Source: Pseudonocardiales bacterium (GTDB lineage: Bacteria > Actinomycetota > Actinomycetes > Mycobacteriales > QHCA01). Taken from it: DNA of 42,429 bases. Shown here one piece after another: positions 18,993-28,712 of the stretch; the first letter of the stretch is position 1, and each line of letters begins with the position of its first letter. A program made the position numbers and the translations under genes. Location: assembly GCA_040003795.1 (NCBI GenBank), contig JBDUBV010000003.1, forward strand, positions 1 through 42,429. Reading direction: 5' to 3'. The notes under the pieces were generated by a model. That model was not told the origin of the DNA, ran no database searches, and saw only the letters and a list, made by a program, of their open reading frames with translations.

Positions 18993-20233
18993 CGGGCGGA
19001 GCGTTCGGCCTGGTCGAGGAATTCGCGGCGTCGGGCCAGCGACGCCTCGGCGTCGGCCAGCGCACGCTCGTCACCGGCAACCCGGGCCCGGGCGACCTGC
19101 TTCTCGGCCTTGCTCACCTGCTCGCGCATCTGGTCGAGCAACGGGTTGGAAGACGCGGCCGTTCGCCGCCAGCGATCGTCAACGGCGTCCCGCACCCGGT
19201 CCTGCGCATCCCTCATCCGGTCGTCAAGCGCGGCGGCGTCCTCTCGCGGCACCCGGCCGGCCTTCTCGTAGCGTTCTTGGATGTCGCGCAACCGGTCCTG
19301 AGCCACCCGGGGGTCGGTCAGGTCCAGCCGCTCTGCCTCGACGATGAGCTTCTCCTTGGCGTCGCGGTTGCCCCGGGATGCGGCGTCGCGCTCGGCAAAG
19401 GCCTCCGTCCGCCGTCCGAAGAAGCTGTCCTGGGCGGCACGGAACCGCTTCCACAAGTCTTCCTCAGCCTCCCGGCTGGCTCGGGGAGCTACCTTCCACT
19501 GGGTCATGAGCTCCTTGAGCTGGCGCGCGCCGGGGCCCCATTCGGTCGACTCGGACAGCGCCTCGGCCTCGGCGACCAAGTCCTCCTTCTTGGCCTGCGC
19601 TTCCCTGCGGGTCACGTCCAGCTGGGCGAAGTAGGCACCGCGGCGGCGGGTGAACGACGTGCGAGCGGAGTTGAGCCGCTTCCACAGCTCGGCCTCGACC
19701 AAGCGGCCGAGCCGCGGCCCGTCGTTCCAGTCGGCGACGATCTGGCGGATCCGCTCGCCGGCGAGCTTCCACTGCGTGCTCGACTCTGCCAGCCGCTCGG
19801 CTTCCTCGACGAGCTCACGCTTGCGGGTCAGCGTGTGCTGCACCTGCGCGGCCCGCTTGGCCTTGGCGTCGGCCAGCCGGGCCTCCGCCTTCGCCTGCAC
19901 GCTGTCCAGCTGCGCGGCCACCGCGGCGAGGTCTCCGACGACGGGTGCCGTCGGAAGCGACGCACGGAGCCGGCGGGTCGCGGCGACAGTCGCCTTGGGG
20001 TCGCCGTTGCCGGACTCGATGCGCTGTCCGAGCAGGCTGACCTCGGTGACCAGATCGTCGTAGCGGCGGGAGTAGTGGGCCAGGCCCTCGGCCGGCGGAC
20101 CGGCCTGCCAGGATCCGACGACGCGCTCGCCCTCAACGGTCCGGACGTAGACCGTGCCGTCGTCTGCCACCCGGCCCCATTGGGTGGCCCCCGGGTCGGC
20201 CGGCTCGCCCGCTTCGTGGATAGCAGAACTCAC
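18989..20233 (-). CDS. DUF349-domain coiled-coil protein
   Basis: [25 protein letters not shown] and repeated LW.RF..A...FF units; ATG 20251 is an alternative start. Confidence 0.85.
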   Translation of the reverse strand: MSSAIHEAGEPADPGATQWGRVADDGTVYVRTVEGERVVGSWQAGPPAEGLAHYSRRYDDLVTEVSLLGQRIESGNGDPKATVAATRRLRASLPTAPVVGDLAAVAAQLDSVQAKAEARLADAKAKRAAQVQHTLTRKRELVEEAERLAESSTQWKLAGERIRQIVADWNDGPRLGRLVEAELWKRLNSARTSFTRRRGAYFAQLDVTRREAQAKKEDLVAEAEALSESTEWGPGARQLKELMTQWKVAPRASREAEEDLWKRFRAAQDSFFGRRTEAFAERDAASRGNRDAKEKLIVEAERLDLTDPRVAQDRLRDIQERYEKAGRVPREDAAALDDRMRDAQDRVRDAVDDRWRRTAASSNPLLDQMREQVSKAEKQVARARVAGDERALADAEASLARRREFLDQAERSAR

Positions 20234-20303
20234 CCGTGCATTCTCACGCATCGCATAATCGCCGACCACTCGACCTCGGTGCGGCGCTGCGTAGGCTCGC
20301 CCT

Positions 20304-21011
20304 GTGCTGGTTGCGGTAGCGGTCTGCCCCCACCCGCCGCTGCTGGTCCCTGCAGTCGCGGCCGGCGCCGCGCCCGAGCTGGCCAGCCTGCGCAGTGCCT
20401 GCGCCACTGCCATCGGGCGATTGTCGGCGACCGCCGCCGACGTCGTGGTCCTCGTCGGCGCCGCCCCGACGGTCCGGTGGTACAACCGCGGTGACGCCGG
20501 CTCCTTCCAGTCGTACGGCGTGCCCGTCGAGGTAGCCCTCGACACCGAGATCATCGGCCTGCCGACCATGCCGCTGTCCCTGACCGTCGGCGGGTGGCTG
20601 CTCAACGTGGCCGGTTGGCCTGGCCGGCGGCGGGCACTCGGCGTGCCGGGTCACGTCGCCGAGGCCCACCTGGGCCGCCTGGCCGGTGAGGTGACCGGCG
20701 CTGCTGCCCGCGTCGCCCTGCTGGTGATGGGCGACGGCAGCGCGCGGCACACCGTGCAGGCGCCGGGATACCTCGATGAGCGCGCGCCTGACTTCGACCA
20801 GGCGGTCGCGACGGCCCTCGCCAGCGCCGACACGGATGCGCTCAGCGCCCTCGACCAGCAACTCGGCGACGACCTGCTCGCAGCAGGCACCGCCGCGTGG
20901 CGGCTGCTCGGGTGCGCGGCGGCGGGGGCGGCCTGGGACGCCGAGTTGATCGAGGCCACGGCACCGTACGGCGTGGGGTACCTCGTCGCGTCCTGGCAGC
21001 GCCGGCCGTGA
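20304..21011 (+). CDS. class III extradiol dioxygenase subunit B-like protein
   Basis: AVCPHPPLLVP, LPLSL-like segment, LLVMGDGSA, APGY.DERA..FD, APYGVGY; usual miaA neighbour. Confidence 0.8.
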   Translation: MLVAVAVCPHPPLLVPAVAAGAAPELASLRSACATAIGRLSATAADVVVLVGAAPTVRWYNRGDAGSFQSYGVPVEVALDTEIIGLPTMPLSLTVGGWLLNVAGWPGRRRALGVPGHVAEAHLGRLAGEVTGAAARVALLVMGDGSARHTVQAPGYLDERAPDFDQAVATALASADTDALSALDQQLGDDLLAAGTAAWRLLGCAAAGAAWDAELIEATAPYGVGYLVASWQRRP

Positions 21012-21925
21012 GCCGGGTGGTCGCCCTCGTCGGCCCGACTGCCAGCGGCAAGTCCGATCTTGCCGTTTCGGTCGCACTGGCCGTCGGGGGCGAGGTGGTC
21101 AACGCCGACTCGATGCAGCTCTACCGCGGGATGGACGTCGGCACGGCAAAGCTGACCGCGCAGCAGAGCCGAGGCGTCCCCCATCACCTGCTCGACGTCT
21201 GGGAGGTGACCCAGACGGCCAGCGTGGCCGAGTACCAGCGGCTGGCCCGCGCGGCCGTCGACGACGCATTGCGGCGCGGGGTGACGCCGATCCTCGTCGG
21301 CGGCTCCGGGCTGTACGTCCGCGCCGTGATCGACCCGCTGGACTTCCCTGGCACCGACCCGGTGCTGCGCGCCGAGCTCGAAGCGGAGCTGGCCGGAGCC
21401 GGGTCGCAAGTGCTGCACGAGCGCCTCCGCGCGGCCGATCCCGCTGCCGCGCTGGCCATCGCGCCCGCTAACGGCCGCAAGATCGTGCGGGCCCTGGAGG
21501 TGATGGCCATCACCGGACGGCCCTTCACCGCCGCATTACCGGCTTACGACACCTCAGCAGCCCCTCGGTACGACGTCGTGCAGTTCGGCATCGATCTGCC
21601 GCGCGCGGAGCTCTCGGGCCGGATCGACGAGCGGGCCGAGCGAATCTTCGACCTCGGCCTGATGGCCGAGGTCCGACAGCTGGAAACCCGCGGCCTGCGC
21701 CACGGTGTCACCGCCCGCCGCGCGCTCGGGTACGCCCAGGCGCTCCGGCTCGTCGACGGAGACATCACCGAGCGCCAGGCCCGCTCGCTCACCGCTGCGG
21801 CCACCCGCCGGTTCGCCGGCCGCCAGCGGGGGTGGTTCGGCCGCGACCCACGGATCCGATGGCTGCGGTCGGCCGACCCGGCAGCAGTGGTCGGCTCGCT
21901 CGACGGGGCTGGCAGAGGGGACTGA
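21008..21925 (+). CDS. miaA: tRNA dimethylallyltransferase
   Basis: GPTASGKS, NADSMQLYRGMDVGTAK, VGGSGLY and ALGY motifs; GTGA overlap with the upstream gene. Confidence 0.97.
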   Translation: MSRVVALVGPTASGKSDLAVSVALAVGGEVVNADSMQLYRGMDVGTAKLTAQQSRGVPHHLLDVWEVTQTASVAEYQRLARAAVDDALRRGVTPILVGGSGLYVRAVIDPLDFPGTDPVLRAELEAELAGAGSQVLHERLRAADPAAALAIAPANGRKIVRALEVMAITGRPFTAALPAYDTSAAPRYDVVQFGIDLPRAELSGRIDERAERIFDLGLMAEVRQLETRGLRHGVTARRALGYAQALRLVDGDITERQARSLTAAATRRFAGRQRGWFGRDPRIRWLRSADPAAVVGSLDGAGRGD

Positions 21926-21945
21926 CCCGGGGCAAGATGGCAGGC

Positions 21946-23745
21946 ATGCGTACGAATCGGCTGATGAGCCTCCTTGCCGTTGCAGTCGTCCCCGCGGCAC
22001 TGCTTGCCCCGACAGCGGCCAGCGCGCAGACGAAGACACCGCCCAAGGCGCCCGTGGCGATCGGATCCGGCGGCGCGGTGTCCACCGTCGACGCCAACGC
22101 CACGCAGATCGGGGTCAAGGTGCTCCGGCAGGGCGGCAACGCGGTCGACGCGGCTGTGGCGACCGCCGCCGCGCTCGGTGTGACGGAGCCTTACTCCTCC
22201 GGCCTCGGCGGTGGCGGCTTCTTCGTCTACTACGACGCCGCCACGGGGCGGGTGCACACGATCGACGGCCGGGAGAAGGCACCGGCGGCCTTCACGCCGA
22301 CGACCTTCACCGAGAACGGTCAACCGATCCCCTTCGCCGACGCCGTGACGAGCGGGCTGTCCAACGGCGTCCCCGGCACCCCCGCCACCTGGGCCAAGGC
22401 GCTGAGCCTGTGGGGGACGCGTTCGCTAAAGCAGGCGCTCGCTCCGGCCGAGCGGCTCGCCGACAAGGGCTTCGTCGTCGATCAGACCTTCCACGACCAG
22501 ACGGCGCTGAACTCCGCCAGATTCGCTCTCTTCCCCGCCACGGCGGCGCTGTTCCTGCCTGGGGGACAGCCGCCGGCCGTGGGCAGCACGCTGCGCAACC
22601 CCGATCTTGCCGACACCTATCGGCTGTTGGGCAAGCAGGGGATGTCGGCGATCTACGGCGGCCAGGTCGGCCGCGACATCATCCGGACCACGCAGCACCC
22701 GCCCATCGACCCCGCCGCCACCTATCACCCAAGGCCCGGCCTGATGACGATGCACGATTTGCGCGACTACACCGCGACGCAGCGCCGGCCGACACACGTG
22801 CGCTATGAAGGGCTCGACGTCTACGGTATGGCGCCGCCGTCCTCCGGCGGCTCCACCGTGGGCGAGGCGCTGAACATCCTGAGCAACTTCAGGCTGAAGT
22901 CGATGAGCGACGCGGAGTTCTACCACCACTACCTCGAGTCGACCCGCCTGGCCTTCGCCGACCGCAACGCCTACGTCGGCGACCCCGACTTCGTCGACGT
23001 CCCGCTGCAGCAGTTGCTCAGCAAGGGATTCGCGCGAGAGCGGGCCTGCCTCATCGACCCGGCGCACGCGCTGACGAGCCCGGTTGCGCCCGGCAGCCCG
23101 GATGGCTCCTACGGTCGCTGCAGGGTGCTCGGTGCACCCGCCCTGACCGGCGTCGAGGGCACCAACACCACCAACCTGACGGTGGCCGACCGGCGGGGCA
23201 ATGTCGTGGAGTACACCCTGACCATCGAGCAGACCGGCGGGAGCGGGATCACGGTGCCCGGCCGCGGCTTCCTGCTGAACAACGAGTTGACCGACTTCAA
23301 TTTCGTCTCGGCACTGCCCGCCGGCATGCCCGACCCCAACCTCCCGGCAGGGGGCAAGCGGCCGCGGTCGAGCATGTCGCCGACCATCGCGCTGCGGCAC
23401 GGCACGCCGTTCCTCGCATTGGGATCTCCCGGCGGTGCGACGATCATCACCACGGTTCTGCAGATCCTCATCGAACGCCTCGATCACGGCATGACACTGC
23501 CGCAGGCGATCGCCGCTCCGCGGGCCTCGCAGCGCAACTCCCCAACGACCCAGGCGGAGCAGGCCTTCATCGACACATACGGTCCTGCCCTGCAGGCGTT
23601 GGGGCAGCAGTTCGTCCTTCCGCCACCGCCTCCAGAGATCGGCGCGGCGACGGCTATCGAGTTCCTCGGCAACGGTCGGCTGCTGGCGGCGGCCGAGCCG
23701 GTGCGGCGCGGGGGTGGCGCGGCGGCGGTGGTTCACCCGGGGTGA
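21946..23745 (+). CDS. ggt: secreted gamma-glutamyltransferase
   Basis: Signal peptide, GGNAVDAA, SGLGGGGF, IDGRE, PPSSGG, TTNL nucleophile, LLNNELTDF, KRPRSSMSP, GSPGG. Confidence 0.95.
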   Translation: MRTNRLMSLLAVAVVPAALLAPTAASAQTKTPPKAPVAIGSGGAVSTVDANATQIGVKVLRQGGNAVDAAVATAAALGVTEPYSSGLGGGGFFVYYDAATGRVHTIDGREKAPAAFTPTTFTENGQPIPFADAVTSGLSNGVPGTPATWAKALSLWGTRSLKQALAPAERLADKGFVVDQTFHDQTALNSARFALFPATAALFLPGGQPPAVGSTLRNPDLADTYRLLGKQGMSAIYGGQVGRDIIRTTQHPPIDPAATYHPRPGLMTMHDLRDYTATQRRPTHVRYEGLDVYGMAPPSSGGSTVGEALNILSNFRLKSMSDAEFYHHYLESTRLAFADRNAYVGDPDFVDVPLQQLLSKGFARERACLIDPAHALTSPVAPGSPDGSYGRCRVLGAPALTGVEGTNTTNLTVADRRGNVVEYTLTIEQTGGSGITVPGRGFLLNNELTDFNFVSALPAGMPDPNLPAGGKRPRSSMSPTIALRHGTPFLALGSPGGATIITTVLQILIERLDHGMTLPQAIAAPRASQRNSPTTQAEQAFIDTYGPALQALGQQFVLPPPPPEIGAATAIEFLGNGRLLAAAEPVRRGGGAAAVVHPG

Positions 23746-23764
23746 GGCCGTAGGCTCGGCAGCC

Positions 23765-24559
23765 GTGCGCTATCTCAAGGGCCACGGCACCGGCAACGAC
23801 TTCGTCGTGCTGCCCGACCCTGACAACGTGCCGCTCACGCCGTCGCTCGTCCGGGCGCTGTGCGACCGGCGCTTCGGCATCGGCGCTGACGGGGTGCTGC
23901 GAGTAGTCCGTGACGGCGCCCTGTGGTTCATGGACTACCGCAACGCCGACGGCTCGATCGCCGAAATGTGCGGCAACGGGATCCGGCTCTATGCCCGCTA
24001 CCTGGTCGACGCCGGGCTGGCCGAGCCCGGGTCGCTCGAGGTGGCCACCCGAGACGGCGTCAAGCAGGTCAGCCTGGACCGCTTCGGTGACGTCACTGTG
24101 CAAATGGGCCAGGCCAAGGTGGACGGCGCCGCCACTGCCGGCCTTGGAGACCGGTCGTGTCAGGGCATCCTCGTCGACATCGGAAACCCGCATCTGGTCT
24201 GCGTCGTGGACGGCCCTGTGACGGATTTCGACCTGACTGCAGCACCGATCGTGGACAGCGCGCTCTTCCCCGACGGCGTCAACGTCGAGGTGGTCACCGG
24301 GGTGGGTGAGCGGCACCTGCAGATGCGCGCCTTCGAACGCGGGGTAGGGGAGACGCGGTCCTGCGGTACGGGGGCCTGTGCCGCCGTCGCGGCCGCCAGC
24401 CGGCAGACGGGGGAAGCGGACGGCGAGTGGATCGTCGACGTCCCCGGCGGCCGGCTCGTGGTGACCCTTGAGGGGGACCGGGTTCAGTTGACCGGACCGG
24501 CCGTGGTGGTCGCCAGCGGGGTCATCGACGAGGGCTGGCTGTCGTCGATCGGGCGCTGA
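23765..24559 (+). CDS. dapF: diaminopimelate epimerase
   Basis: KGHGTGNDF, EMCGNG, GNPH and ERGVGETRSCGTGA motifs. Confidence 0.97.
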   Translation: MRYLKGHGTGNDFVVLPDPDNVPLTPSLVRALCDRRFGIGADGVLRVVRDGALWFMDYRNADGSIAEMCGNGIRLYARYLVDAGLAEPGSLEVATRDGVKQVSLDRFGDVTVQMGQAKVDGAATAGLGDRSCQGILVDIGNPHLVCVVDGPVTDFDLTAAPIVDSALFPDGVNVEVVTGVGERHLQMRAFERGVGETRSCGTGACAAVAAASRQTGEADGEWIVDVPGGRLVVTLEGDRVQLTGPAVVVASGVIDEGWLSSIGR

Positions 24560-24634
24560 TCGTTCCTCGTCAGGTATTGCCCTGGATGTCACCGATGCGT
24601 CAGGCTTGTGCAACGTCCCGACTCGGAGGTCGTC

Positions 24635-25390
24635 ATGCGCAATAGGCTGCTGCTGGTCCTCACTGTGACAACGCTGGCGATCCTGGCGTCCCCCGGCACG
24701 GCGAGCGCGAGCCACTCGTGGAACGGTTACCACTGGGCCCGGACCAGCAACCCGTTCACCCTCAAGGTCGGCGACAACGTCACCCCCGCCTGGGATACCT
24801 ACTTGAACACCACCGTGTCGGACTGGAGTAAGTCGACCGTGCTCGACCTGACCAAGGTCGCCGGCCAGGCCAAAGGCCGTTGCCGCGGCACCACGGGACG
24901 GGTCGAGGTATGCAACAACACCTACGGCCAGACCGGGTGGCTCGGCGTGGCCTCGATCAGCGTTTCCGGCAAGCACATCACCCTGGGCACCGTCAAGCTC
25001 AATGACACGTACTTCAACACGTCGCAGTACAACACCCCGGCCTGGCGGAACCTCGTCTCCTGTCAGGAGGTCGGCCACACCCTGGGCCTGGACCACCAGG
25101 ACACGAACTTCGACAACCCTAACCTCGGCACCTGCATGGACTACACCAACGACCCGAGCACCAACCAGCACCCGAACCAGCACGACTACGACGAGTTGGT
25201 GTCGATCTACTCCCACCTCGACAGCACCACGACCGTGGGACTCGCACCCACCGCGCCAGCTAGCGCTGTGACCGACACCCCTGCCTCGTGGGGACGGGTG
25301 CTCGAGCGCTCGGCCAACGGCCGTGCGTCGCTGTTCGTGCGCGACCTCGGTCACGGCAACCAGGTCTTCACCTTCGTCACCTGGGCGTGA
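24635..25390 (+). CDS. secreted metzincin-like protein with QExxHxxGxxH motif
   Basis: SD GGAGGT, signal peptide ending ASA, CQEVGHTLGLDH and downstream TCM (Met-turn-like). Confidence 0.75.
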   Translation: MRNRLLLVLTVTTLAILASPGTASASHSWNGYHWARTSNPFTLKVGDNVTPAWDTYLNTTVSDWSKSTVLDLTKVAGQAKGRCRGTTGRVEVCNNTYGQTGWLGVASISVSGKHITLGTVKLNDTYFNTSQYNTPAWRNLVSCQEVGHTLGLDHQDTNFDNPNLGTCMDYTNDPSTNQHPNQHDYDELVSIYSHLDSTTTVGLAPTAPASAVTDTPASWGRVLERSANGRASLFVRDLGHGNQVFTFVTWA

Positions 25391-25417
25391 GGCCACCAGT
25401 TCCGGTGGGGTGATGAT

Positions 25418-25446
25418 GGCCGGGGCCCGTCAATCGGGCCCCGGTC
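25418..25446. terminator. GC-rich hairpin between convergent genes
   Basis: CCGGGGCCCG-TCAAT-CGGGCCCCGG perfect 10-bp stem; no U-tract. Confidence 0.6.
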
Positions 25447-25447
25447 C

Positions 25448-26854
25448 TCACCCGGTCGATCCCGCCACGTCGCGGACGGCAGCAGCAACGGCTGGCGCCA
25501 CCGTGGAGTCGAAGACGCTCGGCACGATGAAGCTGGCGTTGAGCTGGCCCTCGTCGACCACGTCGGCAATCGCCCTCGCTGCGGCCAATGACATCTCTCG
25601 GGTGAAGACCCGGGCGTGCGCGTCGAGCAGCCCGCGGAAGATCCCGGGGAAGGCCAGCACGTTGTTGATCTGGTTGGGCTCGTCGCTGCGCCCGGTCGCT
25701 ACCACCGCCGCGTGGGCGCGTGCCGCCCGCGGGTCCACCTCCGGATCGGGATTGGCCAACGCGAACACGATGGCCCGCGGCGCCATGGTGGCGATATCGG
25801 CACCGGTCAGGATGTTGGGCGCGCTGACGCCGATAAACACGTCGGCACCGGCCAGGGCTCCGCGCAGGTCCCCGGAGTAGTGCGCCCGGTTGGTGTTCTC
25901 GGCCAGCCAGCGCATCGACGGGTCGAGACCGGTCAGGCCACCGTGCAGGGCTCCCATCAGGTCGCAGGCGACGAGGTCACCGACGCCCTCGGCCAGCAGC
26001 AGCTTCATGATCGCCGTGCCCGCGGCGCCGGCGCCGGAGACCGCGATCCGGACGTCGCTCAGCCGCTTGCCGACCACGCGCAGTGCGTTGGTCAGCGCCG
26101 CCAGTACGACCACCGCGGTGCCGTGCTGGTCGTCGTGGAAGACGGGAATGTCGAGCAGGTCGGACAGCCGGCGCTCGACCTCGAAGCAGCGCGGTGCCGC
26201 TATGTCCTCGAGGTTGATGCCGCCGTAGGCCGGGGCGATGCACCGCACGACCTCGACGATGGTGTCGGTGTCCTGGCTGTCGATGACCACCGGCCAGGCG
26301 TCCACCCCGGCGAACCGCTTGAACAACGCCGCTTTGCCCTCCATCACCGGCAGTGCGGCTGCCGGGCCGAGGTTGCCCAGACCCAGCACCGCCGAGCCGT
26401 CGGTGACGACGGCGACGGTGTTGCGCTTGATCGTCAGCCGACGGGCGTCGTCGGGGTTGGCCGCGATGGCCAGGCACACTCGTGCCACCCCGGGGGTGTA
26501 GGCACGCGACAACTCGTCGCGATTGCGCAACGAAACCTTGGGCGTCACCTCGATCTTGCCGCCGAGGTGCAGCAGGAACGTGCGGTCGCTGACCTTGCGC
26601 ACGTCGACCCCGTCGAGGGCCGCAAGCGAGTCGGCCACCCGCTGGGCGTGGGCACCGTCGGAGGTGTCACAGGTGATGTCGAGGACGATGCGCTCGGGGT
26701 GGGACTCGACCACATCGAGAGCGGTGACCACGGCCCCGGAAGCCCCGACCGCGGTGGTCAGGCGCCCCACGGCGTTCGGGTCGGGCCGCGCGGCCACCCG
26801 TACGGTGATCGAATAGCCCGCACTGGGCAGCGGGGTGGTGCCGGTCGCCGTCAC
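25448..26854 (-). CDS. NAD(P)-dependent malic enzyme with N-terminal ACT domain
   Basis: [46 protein letters not shown] and [11 protein letters not shown] motifs. Confidence 0.93.
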   Translation of the reverse strand: MTATGTTPLPSAGYSITVRVAARPDPNAVGRLTTAVGASGAVVTALDVVESHPERIVLDITCDTSDGAHAQRVADSLAALDGVDVRKVSDRTFLLHLGGKIEVTPKVSLRNRDELSRAYTPGVARVCLAIAANPDDARRLTIKRNTVAVVTDGSAVLGLGNLGPAAALPVMEGKAALFKRFAGVDAWPVVIDSQDTDTIVEVVRCIAPAYGGINLEDIAAPRCFEVERRLSDLLDIPVFHDDQHGTAVVVLAALTNALRVVGKRLSDVRIAVSGAGAAGTAIMKLLLAEGVGDLVACDLMGALHGGLTGLDPSMRWLAENTNRAHYSGDLRGALAGADVFIGVSAPNILTGADIATMAPRAIVFALANPDPEVDPRAARAHAAVVATGRSDEPNQINNVLAFPGIFRGLLDAHARVFTREMSLAAARAIADVVDEGQLNASFIVPSVFDSTVAPAVAAAVRDVAGSTG

Positions 26855-27011
26855 CGGGCCATCGTCGCACCCCCTCGCCCGCGGATCGCCAGCACCGCAC
26901 CAAGCCCGGCCCCCGTTGCGGCATAGCCCGGACATTGCCGGGTCCGAGACCCTCGGACGCGACGTTATCCGGGATATTGCCGGGTGAAGGCGGTGGCAGA
27001 CGGTGCGAGCC

Positions 27012-28709
27012 TCACACCATCCAGCCCAGCACCGATGTCGACTGCAGGTAGACCAGGGCGCACATCAGCACCAGGAACAGCAAACTCCACCCGATCACCC
27101 GGCGGAACAACTCGCCTTCTCCCTCCCGACCGGCCAGCCCCACCGCCGCGGCCGCGATGGCCAGGTTCTGCGGCGATATCATCTTGCCTAGGACGCCACC
27201 GGATGAATTCCCCGCCGCCATCAGTGCGGCATCCAAATGAGCCTTGCCCGCCGCACTGACCTGCAGGGCGCCGAACAACGAGTTGGACGAGGTGTCCGAC
27301 CCGGTCACCGCGACGCCGAGCCAGCCAAGCACCGGCGACAGCAGTGCAAAGGCGCCGCCGGCCCCGGCCATCCAGTTGCCCAGCGTCGCGGTCTGTCCGG
27401 ACGCGTTCATCACGTACGCCAGAGCCAGCACCGCCATGACCGTGAGGATGGCGAACTTCAGCTGATCGAGCGATGCGACGTACACGCGGACCGCCGCACC
27501 AGGTTTGACCCGCAGCACAAGCATGGTGATAAGGCCGGCCAGCAATAGCAACGTGCCGACGGCGATCAGCCAGTCGAACTTGTAGTTGACCAGGGTGAGC
27601 GGCTTACCCTTGACGTTGAACAGGTGCAGACCGGGCCAGGCGAAGATCTTCGTCACCGCGTTGAGACCGGTGCCGTGGCCTCCGGGCAGCTTGGGAGCGA
27701 TCCCCTTGATGGCTGGGATGTTGGCCAGGCCGAAGATGGCGATGATGATCAGGTACGGGGCATAGGCGCGCGCGATCTCGGCGCGGGAGTCCGGCCGTTG
27801 CACATGGTCGGCGAACTCCGCGGTGGGCTGGTCTGCCGCGCCACCCGCCACCGCCGGAACGCCGACGCCCCCTCGATAGGGCTCGGCCGGGTGCCAGACC
27901 CGCAGGAAGCCGACCAGGACCGCTGCCGAGAACAGCGAGGCGATGATGTCGGCAAGCGGCACGGAGAAGTAGTTGGAGCTGGCGAACTGCGCCAGCCCGA
28001 AGGCGACGCCGCACAACAGAGCGGCCGGCCAGGTCTGGCGCAGGCCCCGGCCACGATCGACGATGAAGACGAGGGCCAGGGGTACGAAGACCGCGAGCAC
28101 CGGCGTTTGCCGGCCCACAACCGATCCGAGTTGGTCGACGCTGAGCGGCTTCACAGCCGAGGTGACCGTACTCAGGGTGATGATCGGCACTGCGAGCGCA
28201 CCGAAGGCCACCGGCGCGGTGTTGGCGACCAGCGCCACGGTGGCGGCCTTGATCGGCTTGAGGCCGACGGCGATGAGCATGACCGCGGTGATAGCCACCG
28301 GCGTGCCGAATCCGGCCAGCGCCTCCAGCAGGGCACCGAAACAGAAGGCGATCAGCACCGCCTGGATCCGCTGGTCGTCGCTGACCCGGGCGAAGGACCG
28401 GCGCAGCACGTCGAAGTGGCCGCTCTTGACCGTCATGTTGTAGATCCAGATCGCGTTGATGACGATCCACATGATCGGGAAGAAGCCGAAGGCGGCGCCC
28501 TCGGTGGCCGACAATGCCGTCTGGGCGACCGGCATGCCGTAGACCAGGGTGGCGACGAGCGCGGCCACCAGCAGCGAGGCGAGCGCGGCGATCCAGGCCC
28601 GCATCCGCAGGCCGCCGAGCAGGAGGAACAGCGTGAGCAGCGGCAGCACCGCGACGAGCGAGCTCAGGAACAGCGAACCGCCGACCGGATCGAGCACCTG
28701 CTTGTACAT
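27012..28709 (-). CDS. lctP: lactate/glycolate permease (LctP/GlcA family)
   Basis: FGALLEALAGFGTP, ANTAPVAFG, TGSDTSSN.LF and GKMISPQ motifs; many TM helices. Confidence 0.93.
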   Translation of the reverse strand: MYKQVLDPVGGSLFLSSLVAVLPLLTLFLLLGGLRMRAWIAALASLLVAALVATLVYGMPVAQTALSATEGAAFGFFPIMWIVINAIWIYNMTVKSGHFDVLRRSFARVSDDQRIQAVLIAFCFGALLEALAGFGTPVAITAVMLIAVGLKPIKAATVALVANTAPVAFGALAVPIITLSTVTSAVKPLSVDQLGSVVGRQTPVLAVFVPLALVFIVDRGRGLRQTWPAALLCGVAFGLAQFASSNYFSVPLADIIASLFSAAVLVGFLRVWHPAEPYRGGVGVPAVAGGAADQPTAEFADHVQRPDSRAEIARAYAPYLIIIAIFGLANIPAIKGIAPKLPGGHGTGLNAVTKIFAWPGLHLFNVKGKPLTLVNYKFDWLIAVGTLLLLAGLITMLVLRVKPGAAVRVYVASLDQLKFAILTVMAVLALAYVMNASGQTATLGNWMAGAGGAFALLSPVLGWLGVAVTGSDTSSNSLFGALQVSAAGKAHLDAALMAAGNSSGGVLGKMISPQNLAIAAAAVGLAGREGEGELFRRVIGWSLLFLVLMCALVYLQSTSVLGWMV

Positions 28710-28712
28710 GGA

